The notes under the pieces are model-generated. The model worked only from the letters and a program-made list of their open reading frames with translations, had not been told where the DNA came from and made no database searches. Of a stretch of 45,359 nt of DNA, positions 9,813-20,852 are shown piece after piece. Position 1 is the stretch's first letter, and every line of letters begins with the position of its first letter. A program made the translations under genes and the position numbers. Origin of the DNA: Catajapyx aquilonaris (taxonomy: Eukaryota); assembly GCA_000934665.2 (NCBI GenBank), contig JYFJ02003189.1, positions 1-45,359 on the forward strand, read 5' to 3'.

Positions 9813-10980
9813 TGTACGTGAACTAATACTTATTGATACAAGTTAAATCTTGCTTAGAAAGTTGGGGGAAGGCTGCATTTCGTCAAACATTGTGAAGTGA
9901 CAGTATTGAGTCCTCACTAATGGCTGCTGACTGATGAGGGAGTGTCCGAAGGGCTCTACTTCCCGACGTTCCCGTTCTTGGAAGATACTACAATTTTCAC
10001 TTATCATGTTCTTCACAGGTAAAGTATGGACAAAACCCTCCTCTATGTTGGCATATTATGCCTTATACTGGCATGCCACGTGTAATAAAATTTAAAAATA
10101 AAATCAATTGACATGAAAAATAATTAAAATCAAACTATCAAAACTAAAAATAATAAAGATGAAAGATTATGAAAATAAAACCTCACCAATACGAACTTCA
10201 CTTTGGTGTGGTGGAGTTACTTCAGTGTCTCCTCCTTCAGTGTCTCCACAGTTTCACTTGTGGTAACTGTTAAGTATTACTTACAGGCCAGAAAGTTCTT
10301 TTTGGGATAGGAGACAGCCAGAGCTCTTTTCTCTCTCTTGTTCTCACTCCATCTCTCTCTTTATCCCGTCTTTTTGCCTTGGCTTGTTTGGCTTCTTCCT
10401 ACACAAAATAATAAATACATAAATAAATAAAAATAACAACATATTCCTATATTCCAATTACAAACTATTTCATTATAGACAGAGCGTGAGGATGGCATGA
10501 AAGTGGGAAATATTGAGAAAACATAATCATGGCAAAAGCATTCCCTTCCTCAGTCCCGTCCTCACCACATTTCTGGTCAGCTGTTGTTGTTCGGTGCTGA
10601 CTGGCATCCATACGAGCCCATAAAATGCCAAAGAGAGAAAAAGAAGAGAGAAAGAAAGAAGAAAGGAGGAAACAAAAATAATAGAAAGCAACTTATACTT
10701 GATTAACGTGATGGTGGGGGAATGCTGGTGATGAAGGTGGAGAATGTAATGTATGCTCTACCTACTGGAGTATGCATTCATGCCAAATTTTCCCATGAAA
10801 ATGAACCTTAACCAAATGTAACCTATGGATGAGACGAGATTACTATGCATATTACATCCTGGGAACACCACCTTGTGAGCAACACATTTGCTCATGACTG
10901 TGCTGCTCTTGGCTGGTGGACAGGTATAGTTTGAATGACCTCATTTTATAATTGATTACAAATACTATAAATTATATTAA

Positions 10981-11262
10981 CCCTGGAACCGTGCTGTGCC
11001 TACGGGTATTACGGCAACCGTGCCGTGGGGTCTTTTCGGACCCCACTATATTTTAATTTTTATTAATTATTATATAATACTTTTCGATGTATTGACTATA
11101 TACAATTATTCTTTGAACAATGCCTAAAATGATCGCTAATTCAAAATAAACCTGCACTTCCTGTTACATGCTGTAAAAAAAAATGGCAAAAGTTCATTGT
11201 AATAATAATTTTAATGCATTTTTTTCCTTGGGGTCCAAAAAGACCCCATGGCACCGTTCCAG
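10981..11262. mobile_element. piggyBac-like MITE remnant
   Basis: Left end TTAA|CCCTGGAACCGTGC. Inverted subterminal motif TGGGGTCTTTTCGGACCCCA / TGGGGTCCAAAAAGACCCCA followed by GCACCGTTCCAG. Right TTAA not found. Confidence 0.55.
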
Positions 11263-12870
11263 CACCATATAAAGGCAAAATGAGCATGGTTTTGGATCCC
11301 ATATCTGGAAATCGTAAAGAGTCCATCCATCCACTCGCCAAAGTCTCTTCAAGCACCAGGTGCGCTAGTGGTTGCGAGAGAAAAATTCGCTCACACATCT
11401 CACCCACATATGATCTAACGTAAGCTGGCGCAGATGTGCGCAAACACATCGCAACGTTGCAATGTGCGCCAGTGTTAACATTCACCTTGCTTTAGCTTAT
11501 TGTACCTGCTTCCGCAGTCTACCACCGCTACAGCATACACTACCATTTCCAAGCCCGACATCAATACTCAACAGCTCCGCGTATCAACCTGCCACTCCTT
11601 AGTGACAGCCAACTACCTCACCCTCTTCAGCATACCTTCCTCTAGCTGACACACCAACCTGGACAACCCATGTTAACATTGCCCCCTACACACATCCATG
11701 GCTTGGTCAGTGAGTGACGTCACATGCCAAAAGCAAGGGCGAGGCAAACACTCCGAAAGTGTCCGTCCACTCACCCATATGTCCCAGAGGGATGTATACA
11801 GCCAGGGGCGACCGGCTGCCCCTCACCGGACAGGCACAGGGTAGTCCCCTCCCCAGCCGGGAAGCTTTTCGGCTGCTAACCGGGTTGATCAGTTACAAAC
11901 ACTACTAATGCTGCGAGAAGCCATCTTGCGTGAGGGACCTGCGACGGGGACACTCTCACAATGGGCACCGGCGTCCTCTGATTGGTTCCCCACCCACGCC
12001 CCGGGCTCCAATCAGCGAAGGGTTTACAGCCAGCACGTGCAGGTAAAGGAGGGAGATGGAGCAGGCTGGGAAATACCAAATGATTGATGACAGACAGATG
12101 TTGCATAACTTAGATTAGTGCAACATGGGGGGTGGTTATTATTATTTGAGTGTAGGAAATAAAATTGATTCAAGTAAAACCTGAGTTGCTTTTATGGGAT
12201 GTGAATATTTATTTACAACAGTGTATTGCCATCTAGCGGAGAGGTTGTGGAAATGAAGAGCGCGAGTTTAAATATGCATAAACCAGGGCATACAACTACT
12301 GCACAGGTAATGCAATGTAAATTGTCTACGCAATGCCGAGTCGGTCAAAATGGGATTGGCTGCACCTGGGGAACCTTATTTTCTAATTGGTGTAGTTGCC
12401 TTTGAGTTACAGTGCGGCTAAGATAATCAGTTTTATGCAGAGAAAATGTAGAAGAAATATGCCGCAGATGACCCAGTCTGACTTTTCCCATTACTACACT
12501 CCCAAATGGGTCGCTGATTAATCAATTTTATTGGGGTTACAATTTTTGTGAAAAAAATTTTTAAACAAATAATAATAATATTACCCTAAAATGATCAGTT
12601 GTTACTCCTTTGACACTTATTACAAGTGGTATCCAAGGCAGTTTTTCCAGTAGGCTGCTCCAGTGCTCCACCTAGAAAGTACATTCGAGCGTTTAAAAAA
12701 AGAGGTTTGGGTGACCTCATATTATTGGCATTTTTTCAGTGCTCATGACCTAAGTATGACGTACGGTACGTACACATGCTGGATGCTGCAGGAGAGCAAG
12801 GTAACCACGGTGAACTGGTAAGCCCACATGGTACAAAAAGGATTGCGGCATCCAGGGACCTAGGCAGTAG

Positions 12871-13014
12871 GTAGGCGTAGGCAAATTGTCATAAACTAGT
12901 TGAATATCCCTGGCCTCCAGCTTTAGGTTAACTTAGTAGGTTAACTTAGTAGGCGTAGGCAAATTGTCATAAACTAGTTGAATATTCCTGGCCTCCAGCT
13001 TTAGGTTAACTTAG
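12871..13014. repeat. Tandem duplication, period 78 bp
   Basis: GTAGGCGTAGGCAAATTGTCATAAACTAGTTGAATAT(C/T)CCTGGCCTCCAGCTTTAGGTTAACTTAG at 12871 and 12949, one mismatch. Confidence 0.9.
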
Positions 13015-14333
13015 GTTAACCTGGCATGATTTTATAAAGTGTTGGAAAGTTAATTTCAGCTGCCATATGTGCTCTCGTACAAAATCCACGATTTCGGCTA
13101 TGACTTCTAAAGTACTTATATTAAATGAACTTCATGATGAGACAGCCCACTGTATACGCTTGTAATGCCCCCTCGAAGTTATGCTATACATTGTATAAAA
13201 ATAATTGTTATTATCTCTGTCAGTCTCAGGGAACAATAGATTACTCAGAAAATAAGCTTCCATCTACTAATGCTATAAAAATCGAAGAAAAAAATTATCG
13301 GAGGTACTTATGCAGAGCAATATGTAGCCATGTGCAATTGAAAAAGTTGTACGGTAAATTCGCAACATTCGGCAGCAATCATCTCTGTATCCTTTGTTTG
13401 CAATATATTTTAGCTTTCAATTTTCTATTAGGCCTATACCCTGCCTATACTCGCTCATTTGCGCAAAAAAAATCTAACTAAGTAAACAGAGGAAAAAAGC
13501 TGCCCTACAAATTCCCTATCTCTCTTTCTATAATTAATTAGGAAAATCTCCCATTAGGCCTATAGGTATTCACATAGACACATACATAATCCAACATAAT
13601 CGGTGAGTTATTAGCTCTTGGTGATATTCGCCTTACGTACTTTGTATTGTCACAACCGGGCCTAACAATCATGAAGTTCGTAGAAATCCGTGTCCGGCAT
13701 CCATCAGGTTGCTTACGTATACCTTCGCCAGCAGTCAGTTACATACCGTAGTAGTCACATTATTATTTTTATGTCCGTCCAATCACACCTGATACAACTT
13801 ATAGGGGGACAGGTAACCACAAATGTCTGGATCACCAAAATAATGTGGTTGTTTATGATAAGCACGGGTTACAGGCTTAGGGGTTGGAAAATGCCCCCAT
13901 CATTATTGTGTATGCAGATGAAGGTCTCTATGTCAAAATGCACATAATTATGGGGTGCTGCAACACCAAGCTATGCGATTAGTCATAAAATCTGGTTTAT
14001 CTCTTGCTTCCAGCAAACTAAGCCTACCACAGCAGGCATATTCTATTGTAGGCCTATAGGCTGTGTAACTTCATTCGTGTGCCTGATACAGAATTATAGA
14101 AAATTAAAACGTTTATTCCTACCACACCTGTCTCGATAATGAACGCCCAAATAGCTCAAGTGAGAATATCAGATATAGCCTATAGCGCTGTAGGATGAGT
14201 CTAACAACTAACAAGTAGGCTTATTCGCGAACAGGTGTGGATGCCATCAAAGTGGCAATTCTGCAGTTTGCAAGTTGTCCAATAATGGCAGACCTCTAGT
14301 TGATTCAGGTGTTTCGTCAATCAAACTACAGAC

Positions 14334-14558
14334 CTTGTAAAGTAGCGTCTAATAATTAGGATCTTCTCAAAGCTGATCCGCAGGGGTTTGGCGCTGGCGG
14401 AGGTTACTTGGAAACATTGTGGATTCTCCACATCCATCCAAAATATGAAGAGACACCTTCGGGCTCGGCTTCATGGAGTGACAAAGAGAAGTCAGCTGGG
14501 GAGGAGATCTTGGAGAGATTGAATTATTCTTTCTGATGTTCCGGTTTGACATGTTGTC
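14334..14558 (-). other. Candidate 5'UTR/uORF exon of the zinc-finger gene
   Basis: Acceptor TATCTTCAG|GAC and donor CAAG|GTCTGT. Non-repetitive, higher-GC island with a 63-codon frame ending TGA at 14367. No homology recognised. Confidence 0.4.
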
Positions 14559-15173
14559 CTGAAGATAGACCGTGAGATAGACCAAATATGTATGGCTCTA
14601 CGTAGAAAAATAACAATTTTTCTTTTCCTTTTGTCTAGCTTTTCTTATTCATGCTGCTATAGTGTCTAATATGCCACTCGTAATCGAATATCACATGTCA
14701 AATTGTCAAAATAGGCAAAACAGATTTTCCTTGGGTGTCTACCGTACATACAGCCAGAATAATTGAAGGGTGTGGTGGAAAAACAGGATAAGTCCATTTT
14801 TGTTACTTGCGATAAAATACAGAAAAACTGAATTCCCGGAAAATTTCAAAAATGTTTCTAATTATATTTTTTCTTGAATAGGATGATACCAAAATCAACA
14901 TGCACCAGAATATGCAGTTTGTACGATGCTGTTACTACCACATTCTACAGTGGAGTATAATGTGGACAAGTCTTGTTTTAGCACTGAATCAGAATCAGAC
15001 ATGTCCAAATAAATAATTATTTTTGTGTGTATGTTATGAGCATGGACAAATTTTTTCTCAATTATAGGCATACATATAGTGTTACAAACTCATCACCTAA
15101 TTCATCATCAGAAATGCAGATTCGTCATCACACTGTTCAGCCATACTGCAGGGCAGTGATTATACTAACTAAT

Positions 15174-15830
15174 GGGGCATTCCACGTCAACTCGGACCAC
15201 TTTTCCGACAAATATTTTCCGATTTCGACCAAAATTCATGGGTTTGTAGCAGTCGTCGTTGTGTGTAAGGAATTGAGATTTCGTCCCTTTGTGACACGTG
15301 GTTGCGAAACTATAGGGTGTGTAATTGCGATTTTTCACTCATTTGATGCTGTCAGGGCTTCTAATGGAGGCCCGTGACCTCTGAACCCCTAAAGTGAATC
15401 CAAATCTGATACGTGATTTTGGAAGCTCTTTTAAATACCTTTAATAATATCGCATTGAAAATAGCCGGTATAAAATATTTCAATTTCAATATGGCGGCGA
15501 AATTTTGATTTTAATATAACTCAAAGTTCGCTATTTTTGGGATTTTTTGAATGGACCTCAAAATGAAGCGTGAAATGTGTGCTTCATGTTTCCGAAAAGT
15601 CTAGGAGGTGACTTTTGGAATTTCACCAGCTAGAGGGCGAAAACGCATCCGGTGCGGGCTCTGGACAGTACGCTGGTCACTTGGGAGGGCTATATTACCT
15701 CAGTGGACTACATGACAGGTCTGATTTTTGTACCAAAAGATGCAGAATGGTCACAAGATGGTAGAACCACCCATAATTCATTTTCGGCCAAAAGTGGACA
15801 GATCCGGATTTTCCACCAAACCCTTCAATT
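15174..15830. mobile_element. DNA-transposon remnant with GGG(G/T)CATTCCAC end (Sola2-like, tentative)
   Basis: Begins GGGGCATTCCACGTCAAC followed by TE-like subterminal sequence. Right boundary not defined. Confidence 0.35.
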
Positions 15831-16189
15831 CCTGTAAAGCAGGGACATGCTAACACTGAAGACCTGAAATGAAGAATGATCCCAGCCACAATGGAATGAT
15901 TTCGAGATAATTATGCAAGTTGGATTTGAAGATTACATTATCACTAGTGGAGTTGTGGAATAATTTTTTTTACATAACTCATATATTTCCAGGGAACCGT
16001 AATTGCTATAACAAAAACCTGATGACCAACAAAAATTACAAGTCAAAGTTCACATTTACAAGGCCCAAATCAATTTCGCCCAAGATGTGACTAAACAAAA
16101 CGTTCAACATTTCAGGTCTTCAGGTGTTGATACCAATGACGTAGAGAAAATAGACCTCTCAACCGGCAGCGGCCAGATTGAATCGAATT

Positions 16190-16700
16190 GAAAATCCGGC
16201 GGCCATGACACTAGAGGGAAATAATAATTGCGGGAAATTTCGCAAATCAGGTTAAAATGAGGCTTTGCTGGGACAGCAAGTTCATATAGGGAGATTATAT
16301 TCAACAAATATTTAACACTGAAACTGTTTTAGATTTCGGATCTAGCGTGTCAAAATAGGTTCTAAATTCAACTTCCAGTAAAGACCACTTCGGTTTTCCG
16401 CAGTTTCCCGGGTTCACTCTATCCTTGTACAGGCGGGTAACCTTATGATTTAGATTTTGAAATTAGTTTCCTGAAATAACTACCACAATAACTACCAAAA
16501 ACCCTGAATACTGAGTTAAGTACAAGCAACCACGCATTTGGAACGTGATTTGATTTACTCTGGTCGCCATGACAGTAACGGAAAAACAATGGATTTTTCG
16601 GGTTCAGGTTGATGGGGCTAGCGGTCTCTACCACGGACGAAATTTATTTTTCATTGGTTGATAGAGTGAAACCTGTGTGCAACGGAGTCGCACCTTTTCC
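16190..16700 (-). promoter_or_regulatory. Candidate promoter/first exon of the zinc-finger gene
   Basis: CpG-containing unique region downstream of the DUSP 3' end. YY1/Pho-like CATGGCG and ATGGCCGCC motifs and a CCAAT on the minus strand. Donor AGA|GTAAAT at 16558. Confidence 0.35.
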
Positions 16701-18761
16701 ATGTTTTCCTTACTGAGCAGGTTTCCGTTAGGTAAGGCAAAAATACACTGAAAGCAAGGGTAAAAATCTATAATGGGCAAGTTGCTGCTACAGACAGGCT
16801 CTGCTTTATCGAGCAGTAATGAGTGCAAAATGGAACTTAATTATTTGAAATAAAACAACGCGTGTCGATGGTACAATTCCCATATTTCTTGCTTTTTTAT
16901 TTGTCGAAAATATAATAAACATTAATAAGGGAAAGTGCCACACGCATATGCAATTATTTTGATTCCAAGCACCTTAATAGGAGTCACTGCGTCCGCTTCT
17001 CATCTATAAAAGCATATGCCGATCCTATTAACACACAACAATACGTAAGGTTTCCATACTTTTTTTTACGTAACACTGAGTTGCTAAATAATTTATCTGT
17101 GAGCAACTAACAGGAGTCTCTGATACAGAGACGAGGCAATTAATGCGCTTTTTCTTAAAGTGAAACAAAACCATTGTGTCTATTTCCTCCAGTTAAACCT
17201 AGACTCGAGAGACTCATGCGAGATTATTGCCGAGGTAACAATGCTCCATTTCAGTGCATGTAGGTGAGGTCTATGTATATGGTCTAGGATTGGCTTCGGT
17301 ACTGTATTACTTTTTTTTTTTTAATCGGATGAAGTATAGAAGTTGAAAGACAGTGCCGTATAGTTCCAGGATCGCCTGTGGTCGTATGCGACCAAAACAA
17401 TGCGGCAAAATAAATGACAGGCCAGCGAAAATGGTATACCACAGTACAGTACAGAAACATTCTTGTCACTAAGTCCCTTTGTGGGACGATACCTTGTTAA
17501 AACCTCTGACTGAATTGAGAATCAAAAGCCATTCCCGCCACCACACACTTGGATGGATCCAAAGATACATAGCAGGAAGAGATGGGAAATACAAGTATAG
17601 AAAATGCTCGAAGAGAGTCTTTCTTTCAAAACTCCTCCGTTGAACTAAACAAGTGGACGGTTTGGTATGCAACATTCATCTCTTCTCTCATACACAGCCA
17701 TGTCTAACATGTCCATCTCTTAAAAAAATAAACATCGCAGCACCAGCATCAGCACCATGTTTAGATTATAACGATATCCGTCAACAACCAACAGAATTGT
17801 TAACCACCATTAAACATGATCAAACATGACCAACATGATTTTATCTCTTTTTTCCAGAAAATAGTTCTTATACTTTGTAAAGAATTTCTCTTTTCCACTA
17901 GCTCTGCTCTCATCCCTCATTTTGTCGATCCCAGCGAAGCTTGTAGAGAAGATAGGCAGTAGCAGTCGTGTACCGTGATAATGGTAAGATTATGTGTCCT
18001 TGCAAAGTTGCATATGATAATGTCGCAAGCAGAGGCTGAGCATTCGCACATTTTGTGGCTTGATTCACGTAGATAACACTTGACCAGCAAGTGAAAAGCG
18101 AATTAATGAAATACTCTGACTAAAATAACCTCCCACGTCCCTGACCCCGGGCATAATTTCCCACCTTTTACTTATGGGTCAAGCCCGTATATAGTCGCAT
18201 CCACATAGTTACATGTGATTGACAAATCCTTTCCTGCACCTCGGATGAAAGCTCCGTACAAAACAGGTAGAAAGAAATGGTGAAAAGTCTCATCGGAACG
18301 AGCCAATATGTATTACAAAACAAACTGGTCCTCGAGTGACTACTGCAGTGGAATCTGCTTGTAACGGAACTAACAGATCAGGAAGATACCTCTGTTACAA
18401 ACTATTTGGTTAAACGGTGCTATATCAACGGTGCATAAATCTCAGAAATTTCCGTCAAAAGTGTTTCCCACTGCAAATGATTGAGCTCACATTGTGAAGC
18501 GCCTCTTCATCTATAAACAAGATAGTGTCAAACTATGTCACGCCGTGTGTCAATTTGTGAAAGGGCGATGCGATCTAGAGGAGCGGACCTTGGGTCGGAC
18601 TTGTCAACAAAAGGACGCGGAGGGTGCAAAGAGTGGGTGTTTTACGGACCGCCACTGTCGGTGAGCCTGGTGGTAGGTCACCTTCTGGAGGGGCAGTGGA
18701 TTGCCCAGAGTGTTCCGTACAGCTCCCAGAGGTCGGGTCGACGGGAGCTGCTTCCTCCTAG

Positions 18762-19045
18762 TCATGGCGGGCGGGATGGGGGTGGAGGTCGGGTAGAGGA
18801 CCCGGAGCGACCCGCCAATCCACTGGTGCTGCCCCGCCATGGGGTGCGGGCCGATTGCGAGCGAGTCGGCAGGGCGGTGAGTGATGGAGCAGGTGATGGC
18901 CCACGGGAGGCTTCCCTGGAGGTGGGAAGTGACGACGATGAGGCGGACATCGCTGTCGTTAGTCTCCCTCGTCGAAGGTCCCATGGTCCCGGAGGAACCG
19001 CAGGAGGGTCGCCTCCGGACACGCGCGGGGACGGCGACGTTGACC
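18762..19045 (-). CDS. DUSP22: DUSP22/15-like phosphatase, terminal coding exon (S/P/R-rich tail)
   Basis: Acceptor GCCAG|GG completes the phase-1 codon from 20383 (AGG). Reads STSPSPRVSGG...RPPPPSRPP to TGA at 18762-18764. GC-rich. Confidence 0.7.
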
Positions 19046-19157
19046 CTGGCATATATCATATAGTATTCATCATACCGGTACTTGATCTTATCATGATCTT
19101 ATGCACTTATAGAGGAGGCGTTGTCAACTCCAGTACACCTTACTATCGGCGTTTGCG

Positions 19158-19231
19158 TGCTCTCACCAGGATTCGAACCTGGGACCTCCGGCTTGAATAA
19201 GCCGTTGCTCTTCCAACTGAGCTATGAGAGA
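19158..19231 (-). other. tRNA-like element with near-complete cloverleaf but 8-nt anticodon loop, copy 2
   Basis: TCTCTCA TA GCTC AGTTGGAA GAGC A ACGGC TTATTCAA GCCGG AGGTC CCAGG TTCGAAT CCTGG TGAGAGC A. Intact A and B boxes. Confidence 0.75.
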
Positions 19232-20382
19232 GCGTTTGTCGTACAGCGAATAATTAATTACGAAGGAATGATCACAGACCGGCTGCCACAGAGTTGGCTC
19301 GCTCGTCATTGAATTTAGTCGCATTATGATATAAATGGTATAGTCCTACAGCTCTGTGACAGACGTTCCCTAGAGGCTTGTTGACAATGCTTGTTATTCT
19401 GCGTTTGTGTATAGGTTGTAGACTGTGTTCGCGTGTAAGCCAAAAGTGAGCTGTCCACCTTCATTTTGAAAGCGTGAAGATACCGCCTGCAGCGTGCGCG
19501 GCAGGTATTTTTGTAATAACGTGAAGCATTCAAGCCACTTTATACCATGATCATATCAAAAGTACAAGACAATCGCAGTTTTCTTTGACTCTATAAGAGT
19601 TTTTCTGACTTGCGATTGATTGACTGTCATGTGGCGGATGTGGAAGCTCGTTTTTGCTTTACACGCAGCATAATATACAGTATATAGCTTGATCAAATGA
19701 AAACGATATTGTGCCACAAAAATGTTTTTTAAAACCCCTGAATTGGGATGGCATACTACAGGGACGGTTGAAGACTAGTAGGCCTATTGTACTCATAAAT
19801 TCAGACAGTGTGTCGATAAGAGTTGTGTGAGTGGGGCAGCATCATATTAAAGATGGCGGTGACCTTTTCACACCGTCCACAGAAGGTTTTGTGCATAGAA
19901 TGACAAAATCCATCGAAATTTTTTTGAGAATGAATTAGTAATATGGACCTGTCACGTATCTCGCAGCCAGGTGTCTAGGAGTGGTGTAAAATGTTCTCGA
20001 TGTCACAGCGCGAATCTCCTGGCCTGGCTGCGGCTACTCTGACATTCTGCTGTCACTAAATTCTGGATGTCATTTGACACTGCTCATGTACATGTGATTG
20101 CAATATACATGACAGATCTTAATTTGTCTGCATTTTCCAAAACATTTCGATGGGTTTTGTTCCTCCTGTTCACATAACAGTTATATCTGGTTGCATATAT
20201 CTGAAGGGGTCGTCTTTCAACAGATGCTTCCTGACTCACTTTCGAAGAACACTCTGAACTTATGAGCATCATTATGAAGCCTCTAGTGTTCCTGTTAAAC
20301 TATCCCAAACTGCGGGTCTTAAAAACAATTGTTGCGCTTTTATTGTTCTTATTTGATCCACCCTGGTATAAGCACAGCTTAC

Positions 20383-20627
20383 TCTGAGTGTTCCGAGGCG
20401 ATGGCGACCGCGCTTCAACGGCAGCTGGCAAGGAACGTACCGACGAAAAAAAGTCGTTACGCTCCCTGGAGCGGTACAGTACGCAAGGCACGCGTTGCAG
20501 AGACGACGTGGAGGATGATGGCGACGACGGTTGACGTTGCCATGCTCTTGGGGATGCTGGGGCTGACCTTGCTGATGAGGTCAGCTCAGAATCGACCGAC
20601 TGCTGGCAAGGCTTGCGTCGAAATATC
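20383..20627 (-). CDS. DUSP22: DUSP22/15-like phosphatase, penultimate exon
   Basis: Acceptor TACTCGTAG|G completes the phase-2 Arg codon. Reads IFRRKPCQQ...RSAPASPR...SPSPRNTQ. Donor CAGA|GTAAGC (phase 1). Confidence 0.7.
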
Positions 20628-20676
20628 CTACGAGTACAACTGTCAGTTTGCTGGTACCAGTGCGCATTCTGCATAC

Positions 20677-20852
20677 CTATTAGTTGAATTCCGGCATGCT
20701 CCGGATGGGCACACGCGTGGCAGACACCTTCCTTCGCAGATGGAGCGTGAAAGCATCAGATTGTTGTAGGATGATAGCAGCTTTCGGCAGGTTTCTTCAT
20801 CGTTCTCAGACAGAGGACTGTCTGGGTACTTCTCCAGTATCCGACGTCGTTC
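20677..20852 (-). CDS. DUSP22: DUSP22/15-like phosphatase, post-catalytic exon
   Basis: Acceptor CTTCTGCAG|GAA. Reads ERRRILEKYPDSPLSENDEETCRKLL...CEGRCLPRVCPSGACRNSTN, resembling the segment that follows the catalytic domain in DUSP22/15 proteins. Donor AG|GTATGC. Missed by the ORF track. Confidence 0.88.

Noticed and set aside
18678..18689. Readthrough extension ending in a peroxisomal PTS1, as in some UGA-CUAG genes
   Set aside because: The extension ends SRR, which lacks the terminal Leu/Met of PTS1.
18535..19200. 221-aa plus-strand ORF
   Set aside because: Antisense shadow of the GC-rich DUSP terminal exon, running into a tRNA-like repeat; no recognisable domain.
19158..19231. Idea that this is a UGA-suppressor or Sec tRNA serving the nearby UGA
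   Set aside because: TCA is present in the loop but not at the anticodon position, the loop has 8 nt, there is no long variable arm, and two related copies have different loops.
20329..20769. 146-aa plus-strand ORF
   Set aside because: Antisense to two DUSP exons; no independent splice or domain support.
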